31,638 nt of DNA from a bacterium (lineage in GTDB: Bacteria; RBG-13-61-14; DATKZS01), in the NCBI GenBank assembly GCA_046484135.1, contig JAWOBU010000098.1:1-31638 (forward strand), given 5' to 3'. Each line of letters opens with the position of its first letter. The stretch's first letter is position 1. The notes beneath the pieces were generated by a model, which searched no databases, was not told where the DNA came from, and worked only from the letters and a program-made list of their open reading frames with translations. A program made the position numbers and the translations under genes. Positions 1-9,135 of the stretch are shown here, piece after piece.

Positions 1-161
1 CCCCGGACGATGGCCCACACAACCCCCGGACGATGGCCCACACAACCCCCGGACGATGGCCCGCACAACCCCCGGACGATGGCCCACACAACCCCCGGAC
101 GATGGCCCGCACAACCCCCGGACGATGGCCCACACAACCCCCGGACGATGGCCCACACAAC
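1..161. repeat. Tandem array, 7 x 23 bp (CCCCGGACGATGGCCC[A/G]CACAAC), probably truncated by the window start
   Basis: Units start at 1, 24, 47, 70, 93, 116 and 139. The only variation is A/G at one position. There are no spacers. Confidence 0.97.
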
Positions 162-310
162 TTGTTGTGTGGGTGATCGAAGATCACGGGAGAATGCGCT
201 TCGGTTGGTAAAACACACGAAGAAGGCCGGAATGTTTGATGAGGGAGGTGGGGGAAGATATTTTTACAAAGTACCTGCAGACCCACTTCGTGTGAGTCTG
301 CCCACACAAC

Positions 311-460
311 GAGTTGTGTGGGCTATCCGGATGGCTGAGTTGTGTGGGCTATCCGGATGGCTGAGTTGTGTGGGCTATCCGGATGGCCGAGTTGTGTGGG
401 CTATCCGGATGGCCGAGTTGGGGGCCAGTCAATGGCCGAGGAGGGGCTATCATGGTGGCT
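311..460. repeat. Tandem array, 4 x 26 bp (GAGTTGTGTGGGCTATCCGGATGGC[T/C]) plus two degenerate copies, inverted relative to the 1-161 array
   Basis: Units start at 311, 337, 363 and 389, with decayed copies at ~415-437 and ~438-460. The reverse complement shares GAT(A/G)GCCCACACAAC with the left array. Confidence 0.93.
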
Positions 461-727
461 GAGTGGTTCAATCCATTTGACAGAGAGTTGTATGTTCCTC
501 GATTGGAAACAAAGACAAATGTTCTGATTGCCGGAGACGCTTATGGAGGGACTGACCGGTTATAAAAATGGGGGAACTTCACTAACAAAAGCGCTTGATT
601 TCCGCTAGCGCGTGGCCGCCTCATTAAGCCTTAAAAACTTTGTGCGAGCGACGCAAGTCGCGACAGAAGCCTTTTGCACAAGGAACGCACCCGGCTTTTA
701 CGGGTTTTCTCCAAAGCCGTGCGGTCC

Positions 728-1402
728 TTACATGGTCCGGGCGGAGGCCTGGAACAAGAGGAACAGGAAGTTCCCGGCGCCGTGGGCTGCGACCGGCACC
801 AACACCGAGCGGGAGCTCTCGCGGAAGTAGCCGAAAAGAAGTGCGGGAAAAAAGACCAACAGCCGGTCCGGGCGGGGTTCGAGCACGTAGTGGACCGCGG
901 CGAAAAGGAGGGCGGAGATAAAAAGCCCGGCGCCTATGTCGGCGCCCGCCATTCTTTTTTTTATCCCGATGATCCGGTCAAGCCGCTCCTGGAGCCATCC
1001 GCGAAAGAAGACCTCCTCCGGGAGGGCCACCGCCAGGAAGTGCCAGAGAAGCAGCATGACCCAGTTGTCCGGCAGGCGGAAGTCGAGCTTGATGGGTATG
1101 CCGAAGGGACCCAGCAGGCGCCATCCCGCAAAGAAGACCGGCAGCACCAGCAGAAAGTAGAGGGCGAGGTCTGTTCCCGCGCGTTTCCAGTGTGTGCCTT
1201 CCAGGCCGGCGCCGCTTAAATCGCGGTTTCTCGTAAGTGAAGCGATGACAGGAGCATAAAGGAAGACCGCTGGCACAAGCCAGTTTTTCGCCTGCCATCC
1301 CGCTGGAAGCGCGCCGGTCCCCGCAAGGACAAGAGCGGCCGCGGCAACCAGCGTTACGGCGCCTAGCTCGATGAGCGGGCCGGTCCGGCCCTGCCGGACC
1401 AT
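728..1402 (-). CDS. CPBP (Abi/CAAX protease self-immunity) family glutamic-type intramembrane protease
   Basis: Hydrophobic 224 aa protein with the motifs EEVFFRG, LFAAVH and HGAGN. It resembles myxosortase-type members, but the subfamily is not confirmed. Confidence 0.88.
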   Translation of the reverse strand: MVRQGRTGPLIELGAVTLVAAAALVLAGTGALPAGWQAKNWLVPAVFLYAPVIASLTRNRDLSGAGLEGTHWKRAGTDLALYFLLVLPVFFAGWRLLGPFGIPIKLDFRLPDNWVMLLLWHFLAVALPEEVFFRGWLQERLDRIIGIKKRMAGADIGAGLFISALLFAAVHYVLEPRPDRLLVFFPALLFGYFRESSRSVLVPVAAHGAGNFLFLLFQASARTM

Positions 1403-1405
1403 ACC

Positions 1406-1726
1406 TTATTCCTTGGTTGTAACTGTACTTATGAAGCGGGAGATAAAGCCTTGCGCCTTGCGGCCTTCCAAAAGAAGCTCGAGCTCGCCCTCGTCAAGCC
1501 ATATGCCTTCGCAGGTTTGGCACTTGTCAATAAGAACGTCCTCGAAACCGACCTCCTTAAGGTCGTGGCCGCACTTCGGGCACTTCATCCAGTGCTCGTT
1601 TTTCCGGCTCTCCTTTTTAAGCCTCTCCTTCTCCTCGTTCAGCTTCTTGCGCAACTCCTCGCGCTTTTTCCGTTCCTGCTCCGCAAAGTATTTCTCTTCC
1701 TGCTCTCTTTTTACCTTGTCAGACAT
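1406..1726 (-). CDS. zf-TFIIB-like Zn-ribbon domain protein
   Basis: Charged coiled-coil N-terminus, then CPKC...IDKCQTCEGIWLDEGEL. GGAG RBS upstream. Confidence 0.85.
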   Translation of the reverse strand: MSDKVKREQEEKYFAEQERKKREELRKKLNEEKERLKKESRKNEHWMKCPKCGHDLKEVGFEDVLIDKCQTCEGIWLDEGELELLLEGRKAQGFISRFISTVTTKE

Positions 1727-1845
1727 CTCTCACTCCTCCAATCAAATAGCCGCCTCTTTACATTATTCCCCGGAAAGCGAGTAATAAATATAGCATAAGC
1801 GCTGCAGCCAGTCCAGATGCTGCCGGGAGACAAGGGCATAAGCCC

Positions 1846-2757
1846 TTACTCGACTATCATGAGCTCGCAAAGCGCCTTGATGCGGCTTTCTATGTCCTTT
1901 CCGTTAATTTGGAGGAGCCGCTCCACTCCAAAGCCCTCGACCGTAAAGCTCGAGACCGCGGCGCCGCGGATGAGCGAGCTCCGGAGTGTGCGGGTGCTTA
2001 CCTCGCCCTCGGCCGCCAGGTGGCCGATGATGGCCCCGGCAAAGCTGTCTCCTGCGCCGGTGGGGTCTACAAGCTCGATTATCGGAAAGGCCGGTGCAAA
2101 ACCGATCTCGTCTTTTGTTACCAGGGTCGAGCCGTGCTCGCCGCGCTTAACCACCATTCCCCTTTTGACGCCCATGTCTATGAGCTTGCGGGCCGCCCGG
2201 TAGATGTTGTAGTCGCCCGTCAACATGCGGACCTCTTCGTCGTTTATGACCAGGACGTCCACGCCGGGCAAAAGCTCCATGAGCTCTTCCCGGGCGGTGT
2301 TGATCCACAGGTCCATGGTGTCGCAGAGCACGAACTCGGGGTTTTCCACCTGCTCCAACACCCGCTTTTGCATTCCGGGATGGATGTTGGCCAGGAAAAC
2401 GTATTTCAGCTTTTTAAGCTCGTCCGGCAGGACCGGGTCGAAGTTCTCGAACACGTTGAGCTGGGTGTCCAGGGTCTCCCTGCCGATCATGTCTTCGTGG
2501 TACCTTCCCACCCACTGGAAGGTCTTTCCCTTTTCGCGCTGGAGCCCGCACAGGTCAATGCCGCAGCCGGTGAAGTACTCGATGTGTCCGTCCTGGAAGT
2601 CCTCGCCCACCACCGCTACCATGCAGGGCGTGCAGTAGAAGCTGGCCGCCACCGACGAGTAGGTCGCCGCTCCTCCCAGCGTCCTTTCCACTTTTCCCGC
2701 CGCGGTCTCGATGGTGTCATAAGCCACCGAACCCACGATCAACACCTTTTCCTTCAT
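1846..2757 (-). CDS. PfkB/ribokinase family carbohydrate or nucleoside kinase
   Basis: N-terminal VLIVGSVAYD...LGGAATY and C-terminal DPTGAGDSFAG signature. Start moved to ATG 2757, which follows AAGGAGG. Confidence 0.92.
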   Translation of the reverse strand: MKEKVLIVGSVAYDTIETAAGKVERTLGGAATYSSVAASFYCTPCMVAVVGEDFQDGHIEYFTGCGIDLCGLQREKGKTFQWVGRYHEDMIGRETLDTQLNVFENFDPVLPDELKKLKYVFLANIHPGMQKRVLEQVENPEFVLCDTMDLWINTAREELMELLPGVDVLVINDEEVRMLTGDYNIYRAARKLIDMGVKRGMVVKRGEHGSTLVTKDEIGFAPAFPIIELVDPTGAGDSFAGAIIGHLAAEGEVSTRTLRSSLIRGAAVSSFTVEGFGVERLLQINGKDIESRIKALCELMIVE

Positions 2758-2774
2758 TACTTCCTCCTTGTCCT

Positions 2775-3296
2775 TTATTGATGCCGGCTTCCCGGCGGAG
2801 CGCCGTTTGTTTCCGCTTCCGTGTAAAGCTCTCCCAGAAGCTCGCGGAGCTGGTGTTCGATGCGGTCGCGGTGGGTGGCCTTCCAGTAGATGCGCCCGCA
2901 GGAGGGGCACCTGGTGAACTTCTCCTGGGTCTCGTAAACAAACGGCGGCACCTTGTCTTTTACCTTTGATTTCTCGATCTCTTCGATCTCGCCGTTGCAG
3001 ATGGCGCAGCGGGTGAACATGCGGATGCGGACCCGGTCACGGAAGCCTCTTACAAACTCCTGGAGCTGCAAGGCCGGGTAGTTCTCGGAAAGACAGTAGA
3101 CCTCGACTCCCTCGGCCTTCTCCGCCAGGCTCCGGTCGCGGGTCAGTATCAACCTTTTTTCCCGGCGGGAACGACTTATGATTTCCGTGTCGTCAATGTC
3201 CTTTTCGTACGCCGTGTCCTGACCCAGTATCCGGAGCCACCGGGCCAGCTTGCCGAGCTGTTCGTCGCAAAAGAGCTTCAAAGGCGAGTCTTCCAT
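2775..3296 (-). CDS. Mut7-C RNase (PIN-fold, DUF82) domain protein
   Basis: FCDEQLGKLARWLRILGQDT...LILTRD plus a Zn ribbon RCAICNG...RCPSCGRIYWKATH. Start at 3296 (alternative 3317). Confidence 0.9.
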   Translation of the reverse strand: MEDSPLKLFCDEQLGKLARWLRILGQDTAYEKDIDDTEIISRSRREKRLILTRDRSLAEKAEGVEVYCLSENYPALQLQEFVRGFRDRVRIRMFTRCAICNGEIEEIEKSKVKDKVPPFVYETQEKFTRCPSCGRIYWKATHRDRIEHQLRELLGELYTEAETNGAPPGSRHQ

Positions 3297-3341
3297 GATA
3301 TCAGAGTAAAAGAACAATGGAAGTTAACGCAACCCTGCTCT

Positions 3342-5042
3342 TCATATCCGGTAGCCTTTCCATAGCTCGTCCTCGACTGTTTTGCGTCTTTGTATGGCTT
3401 TCCGCAATTCCTCGATCCGGGCCTGCAAGGGAGGACCGTGCTCTATGCTTTCCGCCTTCTCGAGCTCCTTTTCCACCCGCTCCAGTGGCTCGCCTCCCAA
3501 AAAGAGCATCCTCGCCACAAGGTAATGGGAACGAGCGTCGCCTTGTTCGCGCACCAGCTCCCGGGAGTGCTCCAGCCCTTTTTGATGCCATTTTTCCGCC
3601 TTTTCCGGCTCCTCTTTTATAAGGTGGTACCTGACCAGGTTATGGTAATCGTTCGGTCCCAGCGGCTCGTCCGGCCGGGGCCAGAGTATGACGGCTGTAG
3701 CAATTACAAAGACCAAAGCGGGAGCAAGGCTTTTCCATCTTTTTTTGCGGGCGAAGTCATACATGCTTTCCAGGGCAACGCCCGCGAACACTGCCAGCGC
3801 CGGCACCAGCGGCACCCGGAACCGGATATTCACGTAAAAGGCCACCGTTACCAGGGTATAGAGAAGAAGGTAAGAGTAGAGTTCGAAGTACCTGCGCCGG
3901 CTCTTTAGGACAAAGAACATTCCGCAAAGCGCGAATCCAAGCAGCACCGGCCAGTTGATCCAGGGGAGCTTGAGGATGGAAAGGTAGTGCTTCTCCATGT
4001 AGTAGTTGATCTCATGAGCTGCGAACCAGTTCAGCAGGACCCAGAACTTCTTGAACTGTCTTATGACCAGGTCCTGGGGATTATCGCCGTAGATGCCGAC
4101 CACTGCGGGCACGGATTTCAGCAGGCTGTTTTGACATTCCTTCTTGATCCTATACACCGAGGGGGTCACGTCCCACCCGTACACGTCCACTTCCGGATGG
4201 TTCCCGGCAATAAACTCGAGGGCCCCGCGCCGGGTCAGAGCAAAGGGGGAGACTCCGGCCTTGATGTTTCTTGCCGCCAGGACGCTCATGACCGCGACGA
4301 AACCGATGACGGTCCAGACCACCAGCGCTCTCCAGGCGGAGGGCCTTGGCATCCAGGTGATTTTGTCTTGCGCGGAGAAAGGACCGCGGCGCTCACCGCG
4401 GCTGACTTTCCTTGCGTCCATGATCCACCAGGCGAGCGCGGGCAGCATGATCAGGATGTTGGGCTTGGCCAGGATTGCCAGGCCGAACAGTATGCCGATG
4501 AAAAGTCCTTTTCCTCCGGAGGGCGCCGTTCTTGCCCGGGCCAACTGGTAGAGGAGAAGCACGTTGATAAAGGTAAGGATCGAGGTCCGCAAAAAAGCGG
4601 TGTCGTACATCAGGAGCGGACCGTAAAATGCGATCAGTAGCCCGCCCAACACGCCGGCGGCATAGCTTCGGAGCCTTACGCCGAAAAGAAACACTACCAC
4701 CGCGGTGAGAGAGCCGATAAACGCCTGTACCAGCCGCGGTATGACCAGGTTACCGCCGCCGGTGAGCTCAAAGATCAGGGCCAGGAAGTAGGGGTATAAA
4801 GGCGACTGGTTATAGACCCCTTGCCCGACCAGGTCTCCCTTCTCGGATATGGACAGGGCCCATACAAAGAACCGGTGGGTGTCGCTTCCCTCTTGAATGG
4901 TAACGTCGTAGGAGATGCTCTGGGGAAGGCTTGCCAAGAGCGCGAGCCTGGTGGCCAGAGCGCACGCGAACACCAGTAGGCCGAAGAGCCACATCTTTTT
5001 CGGGTCCGGTCCCCGGTCCAGGATGGAGGGAGCCTGGCTCAT
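3342..5042 (-). CDS. Membrane GT-C fold glycosyltransferase (GT39/PMT/ArnT-like) with a helical, TPR-like C-terminus
   Basis: Multiple TM helices with the segments SDTHRF..., YNQSPLYPYFLA, LAILAKPNIL and RFRVPLVP, typical of this family. Confidence 0.78.
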   Translation of the reverse strand: MSQAPSILDRGPDPKKMWLFGLLVFACALATRLALLASLPQSISYDVTIQEGSDTHRFFVWALSISEKGDLVGQGVYNQSPLYPYFLALIFELTGGGNLVIPRLVQAFIGSLTAVVVFLFGVRLRSYAAGVLGGLLIAFYGPLLMYDTAFLRTSILTFINVLLLYQLARARTAPSGGKGLFIGILFGLAILAKPNILIMLPALAWWIMDARKVSRGERRGPFSAQDKITWMPRPSAWRALVVWTVIGFVAVMSVLAARNIKAGVSPFALTRRGALEFIAGNHPEVDVYGWDVTPSVYRIKKECQNSLLKSVPAVVGIYGDNPQDLVIRQFKKFWVLLNWFAAHEINYYMEKHYLSILKLPWINWPVLLGFALCGMFFVLKSRRRYFELYSYLLLYTLVTVAFYVNIRFRVPLVPALAVFAGVALESMYDFARKKRWKSLAPALVFVIATAVILWPRPDEPLGPNDYHNLVRYHLIKEEPEKAEKWHQKGLEHSRELVREQGDARSHYLVARMLFLGGEPLERVEKELEKAESIEHGPPLQARIEELRKAIQRRKTVEDELWKGYRI

Positions 5043-6364
5043 GACCCTTCTCCTGTCTTAGCTTGTTCCGTTTGCTTGTCTTCTACCGGCTTTGCAAAAG
5101 CATGGATTTTACCGGCGCCGGAAAGCTCCGCAAATATCCGTTCCATTTTTTCCGCGGTCTTGTCCCAGCAAAAGCGGGACCCGGCCCGGTCCCGGCCTTT
5201 CTTGCCCATGCTTTCCAGGCGGGCGGGGTCCGACTCGAGCGAGAGGACTGCCTCTTTTATGGACCGGGAGCTTCCGGGCTTTACGAGTACGGCGCATTCC
5301 TCGTCCACCACCTCGGGGAGCGCCCCTGCAGTGGTCGCTATTACCGGCGTGCCGCAGGCCATGGCCTCGAGCGCGGGCAGGCCGAACCCCTCGAACAAAG
5401 AAGGGACCACCATGATGGCGGCCCGGTTGTACTCGTTTATAAGCTCGGGCACGCTGATGCGGTCCTTGAACTCGACCCGGCCGGAAAGCCCCAGCTTCTT
5501 AACCAGGTTTTCCGCATACACCCGGCCGGGGTATCGTCTGCCGTCCACTATGATGAGCTTGAACCTCTCCGGAAGCCCGGACAGGGCCTCCAGCAAATAC
5601 CTTACTCCCTTTTTGCGGTCCTCGGTGCTGCCCACGAAAAGGAGCCTGCCGGGCTCGCGTTTCACGTCACTCAGCGGCCGGTAGAGTCCGGTGTCAATGC
5701 CGTTCGGGACCACCTCCATGCCGTCGCGCTCCAGGTCGTAAAAGCGCGAGATAAGCTCTTTCGAGAAATCGCTCACGGTAATGAGCCGGTCGAGTCTTTT
5801 GGCCACCGTCTTCTGCATGATAAGCGGGTAGTACACTGCGCGGCGGATTTTTTTTAACATGCCGGCGGTTTGTTTTATGTCCTCCGCCCGGTCCACCTGG
5901 AGCGGGTGATGCACGGTCGTAGCCACCGGCACTCCCAGTGCTTTAACAAGAAGGAGGCCGTACCCGAGCCCCTGGTTGTCGCACACCACGTCCAGCGGGT
6001 CGTGTTGATGGATGCGGCGCAGTACTTCGAAGCAGCGCATGCTGAAGGCCAGCATCTCCGGGTTCGAGCCGGCGCGGGCCAGGCCGTACTCGGCAAGCTC
6101 CAGCGGCCGGAAGACGGAAAGCGGACCAGGAGCGGGAAGTCGGGTGGAAGGATGGTTTATATAGTTTTGGTCCGGAAGCTGCACGGTCTCGACACCCTGG
6201 ACTGGAGCAGGGTAGGGCGGTCCGGCCAGGACCCTCACCCGGTGGCCCCTTTCCGAAAGAGCCCGGGCCAGGGATGTTATATAAACCCCCTGGCCGCCGC
6301 AGAACATGTTGCCCCGGTAGCTCAAAAGAGCGACATGGAGCGGTCTGGAAACCGGTTCGCCCAT
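5039..6364 (-). CDS. Glycosyltransferase family 4 (GT-B) protein
   Basis: N-terminal GGQGVY, VVPNGID, and the C-terminal EGFGLPALEAMACGTPVI (EX7E) motif. 4-bp overlap with the downstream gene. Confidence 0.92.
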   Translation of the reverse strand: MGEPVSRPLHVALLSYRGNMFCGGQGVYITSLARALSERGHRVRVLAGPPYPAPVQGVETVQLPDQNYINHPSTRLPAPGPLSVFRPLELAEYGLARAGSNPEMLAFSMRCFEVLRRIHQHDPLDVVCDNQGLGYGLLLVKALGVPVATTVHHPLQVDRAEDIKQTAGMLKKIRRAVYYPLIMQKTVAKRLDRLITVSDFSKELISRFYDLERDGMEVVPNGIDTGLYRPLSDVKREPGRLLFVGSTEDRKKGVRYLLEALSGLPERFKLIIVDGRRYPGRVYAENLVKKLGLSGRVEFKDRISVPELINEYNRAAIMVVPSLFEGFGLPALEAMACGTPVIATTAGALPEVVDEECAVLVKPGSSRSIKEAVLSLESDPARLESMGKKGRDRAGSRFCWDKTAEKMERIFAELSGAGKIHAFAKPVEDKQTEQAKTGEGS

Positions 6365-6402
6365 TCGGGATTAATTTAACACAAGGGAAAGATACTCGGA
6401 AA

Positions 6403-7419
6403 CTATGGCCGGAGCTTCTGTTGACAAGCGGTTACCGCGGACTCGGACGCGTCTATTCCGATCCACTGTCTTCCGAGCTCGTTTGCGGCAGCCAGGGCGG
6501 TGCCGGAGCCGCAGAAGCAGTCGAGCACCAGGTCGCCGGGATTGCTTGAGGCTTTGACGATCACCTTCAGCATCTCGGGGTTTTTCTCGGTGGGGTAGGA
6601 CGGATAGGCCGGGTCCTTGAAGACCCATACGTCCTGGAGGTACTTGCCCGCGGCCTCTGCTTCGTCCGCGAACTTCTTCTTGCGGGGGTTGCCGGTGGAC
6701 GACCACTCGATATGGCCGTTCTCGTCCAGCTCGGAGAGCACATCCGGCGAGTAGCGCCAGTGCCGGCCCGGCGGAGGCTTCATCCCTTTCCACTTCTTAC
6801 CGCTCGGGCCGTCCCTGGTCTCGCCCGGCGCGTGCAGGGGAGTGGTGGTGTATCGGTTTCCTTCTTGGTCAATCTTGGGGAAGAGGCGTACCAGGTCTTC
6901 ATAAAGGAAAGGCTCGGTGGGCGGGTTCCACACCGGCTTTTTTCCTCTCGAGTAAAACAGGATCATGTCCTTTACGTTGCCGTAGCCGTTTCTCTTGAAG
7001 TTTTTGGGGTTGCACTTTATGCGGGTAATGTCGTTTCTGAAGTTGTTTTCTCCGAATATTTCGTCCATCAGCACCTTGACGTAATGCCCCGCCTTGCAGT
7101 CTATGTGCACGTAGATGGACCCGTCCTCCGCGAGCAGGTCTTTCAAAAGCGAGAGGCGGGGCCTCAGGAACTCCAGGTACTCCTTTCCGCTCAACATGTC
7201 CTGGTAGGCGTTCTCGCCGCCTCTTGCGCGGCTTATGGTGGAGTGTCTTCCGTTAGCAAAGGTAAAGTTCTGGCGGGTCCCGAAAGGGGGATCAATGTAT
7301 ACGAGCCGGACCTTGCCGAAGACCTCGCGGTCCTTCTTCAGCTCGGATAATATCTTGAGGTTGTCGCCGTGGTAGAGGCGGGAAATGCCGTTGTCGTCCT
7401 TTTCCTGTACTTTTGACAT
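6403..7419 (-). CDS. Site-specific DNA methyltransferase (N6-adenine/N4-cytosine, beta-class, Mod-like), with no cognate restriction gene in the window
   Basis: Motif IV YIDPPF precedes YPTEKN and motif I DCFCGSGT, which is the beta-class order. Confidence 0.92.
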   Translation of the reverse strand: MSKVQEKDDNGISRLYHGDNLKILSELKKDREVFGKVRLVYIDPPFGTRQNFTFANGRHSTISRARGGENAYQDMLSGKEYLEFLRPRLSLLKDLLAEDGSIYVHIDCKAGHYVKVLMDEIFGENNFRNDITRIKCNPKNFKRNGYGNVKDMILFYSRGKKPVWNPPTEPFLYEDLVRLFPKIDQEGNRYTTTPLHAPGETRDGPSGKKWKGMKPPPGRHWRYSPDVLSELDENGHIEWSSTGNPRKKKFADEAEAAGKYLQDVWVFKDPAYPSYPTEKNPEMLKVIVKASSNPGDLVLDCFCGSGTALAAANELGRQWIGIDASESAVTACQQKLRP

Positions 7420-7447
7420 GTCTTTTCTCCGCTTGCCTTCCTGCCTT

Positions 7448-8467
7448 TTATCCTTTCTCTTCTCCGGCGACCTCTCCCCTTTTGTAGCCCGGCATGGTCT
7501 CGAGTTCTTTCATGGCCCAGGGCACAAAGACTCCGCCTATGACCGCCCTTATGATGAGCCGGGCCGCGGGGATAAAGATGGTCAGCACCGCGATGTCCGC
7601 CCGGTCCCCGTAGGCGGCGAAGAAGGCGACCCATGCCGCGGTGGTGGTCCCGAAGTTGCTGAACGCCACCGGCAGGGCCGAGATCAGGGCCACCAGCGGT
7701 ATCCAGAACATGAAGGTGATAAAAGGCACGTACACGTCAAAGGCGCGGGCGGTGATCCACAGCCCCACGCAGTAGGCGAGGATGGCGGGCAGCATGTAGC
7801 CCATGCCTTTGAGCCACTGCCTCGCTTTGGGGTTATGGAAAGGCTGCCAGAACTCCTTGTCATAGGAGAGTGGAAGGTTCTTGAAGAGAAGCCCTTTGCC
7901 TTTGGACCAGAACCTCCAGAACTCGATGAGAAGAAGGACCATCCCGAGAAGCACCGGTCCCCAGAAATTCAGGTAAGCCTCCGCCGCCATCTCCCGGCTG
8001 TAGCAGAAGACGCCTACCGCAAGAACCCCGAAGAACACGCAACAGCCGAACACCACCATGAGCTCGCGCCATGCCAGGATGCCGACCTGCTTCTTTACGG
8101 TGATGCCCGTCTTCCGGATGAAGTAGTAGAACACGCCGCCGGTCGCGAAGGCTATGTTGATCATGGCCAGAAGATAGGCCGCGGCCTTGATCACGAAGTA
8201 GTCCCGGAGCGGCACCCGCTTGTGGAACCACTCGAAGGACTTAACCGTGTAAGCGGAGTCGGAAATCCAGAACAGGACCACCGGGATGATCATTCCCAGC
8301 CAGGCGGGAAGGTAGTCAGCCTCGGAAGCCGCCTCCATGACCTCGTGCCAGGACACACCCCGGAAGAACCAGTAAAGAATGCCCACCGACACCAGGGCGG
8401 TAATAATCCGCCACAGCCAGGTGTACTTTTTGGGCCGGGTCTTAAGAGTAGCTTCCGGGTCGGACAT
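7448..8467 (-). CDS. Lysylphosphatidylglycerol synthase TM-domain / UPF0104 flippase-like membrane protein
   Basis: Polytopic membrane protein with ISALPVAFSNFGT near the C-terminus. Start moved to ATG 8467 after GAGG. Confidence 0.72.
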   Translation of the reverse strand: MSDPEATLKTRPKKYTWLWRIITALVSVGILYWFFRGVSWHEVMEAASEADYLPAWLGMIIPVVLFWISDSAYTVKSFEWFHKRVPLRDYFVIKAAAYLLAMINIAFATGGVFYYFIRKTGITVKKQVGILAWRELMVVFGCCVFFGVLAVGVFCYSREMAAEAYLNFWGPVLLGMVLLLIEFWRFWSKGKGLLFKNLPLSYDKEFWQPFHNPKARQWLKGMGYMLPAILAYCVGLWITARAFDVYVPFITFMFWIPLVALISALPVAFSNFGTTTAAWVAFFAAYGDRADIAVLTIFIPAARLIIRAVIGGVFVPWAMKELETMPGYKRGEVAGEEKG

Positions 8468-8480
8468 GACTTCCTCGGTC

Positions 8481-8966
8481 CTACAGCTCGAGGGTTTCCA
8501 CCGACAGGTCGGCGAGGTCGCAGACCATGGCGGTGGACCTGCCGGAAAGATACCCGCAGGCCTCGCCGGGGTTAAGAACCAGGGCGTTGCCTTTCTTGCG
8601 CTCCTCCGTCGCGTGGGTATGGCCGTAAACCACCAGGTCGAAATGGCCGGAGTCAGCAAGCGCGTCCGGCACCACCGGCTCGTGCATGAGGATGATCTTC
8701 CTCCCCGAAAGCTCGAGCTCGACAGGGCCCTTCTTTAGATCGCCCCGGTTCTCCGCGAGCTTTGCCAGGAACAACACCTCCCCGTCGTTGTTGCCGAACA
8801 CCGCGGTAAAAGGCAGCTTGTACTTCTCGAACTCGAGGAACACGAAAGGTGCGATAAGGTCTCCCGCGTGAAGCACCCGTTCGACACCCGCCTCGGAAAA
8901 ACGCTCCAGAAACTTCCGCAGGTTGGGAAGATGATCATGCGTGTCAGCTATAATCCCCACTTTCAT
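8481..8966 (-). CDS. YfcE-family metallophosphoesterase
   Basis: Motifs IADTHD, HAGD, GNND, MH, GHTH and NPGE. Confidence 0.93.
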   Translation of the reverse strand: MKVGIIADTHDHLPNLRKFLERFSEAGVERVLHAGDLIAPFVFLEFEKYKLPFTAVFGNNDGEVLFLAKLAENRGDLKKGPVELELSGRKIILMHEPVVPDALADSGHFDLVVYGHTHATEERKKGNALVLNPGEACGYLSGRSTAMVCDLADLSVETLEL

Positions 8967-9135
8967 GGCAAACTCCTTTCCCGGTCGGACTGATTAGCTT
9001 ACAGAATAAGGTTAATCACGAGGGAAGGCGGGATCAAGTTGGAAGGTGTTTGGAGCGGGAGATAAAAGGAGGTTTCACTGCATGAAAATTATTTCCAGGA
9101 CAGGACGTCCGGTTGTTACTATAATAGATATCAAA

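Noticed and set aside
154..169. NrdR box resemblance of ACACAACTTGTTGTGT
   Set aside because: The central dinucleotide departs from the conserved AT (TT here, GA in the second copy), and no ribonucleotide reductase gene is visible.
1..460. CRISPR array
   Set aside because: The units are head-to-tail with no unique spacers, and no cas genes are in the window.
454..474. tRNA-like text GGTGGCTGAGTGGTTCAATCC
   Set aside because: It looks like D-arm and T-loop fragments, but no acceptor or anticodon stem can be built. It is the decayed end of the 26-bp array.
10..565. ORFs 10..462, 342..527 and 368..565
   Set aside because: They are translations of the 23-bp and 26-bp tandem repeats cycling through frames, with no RBS or family motif.
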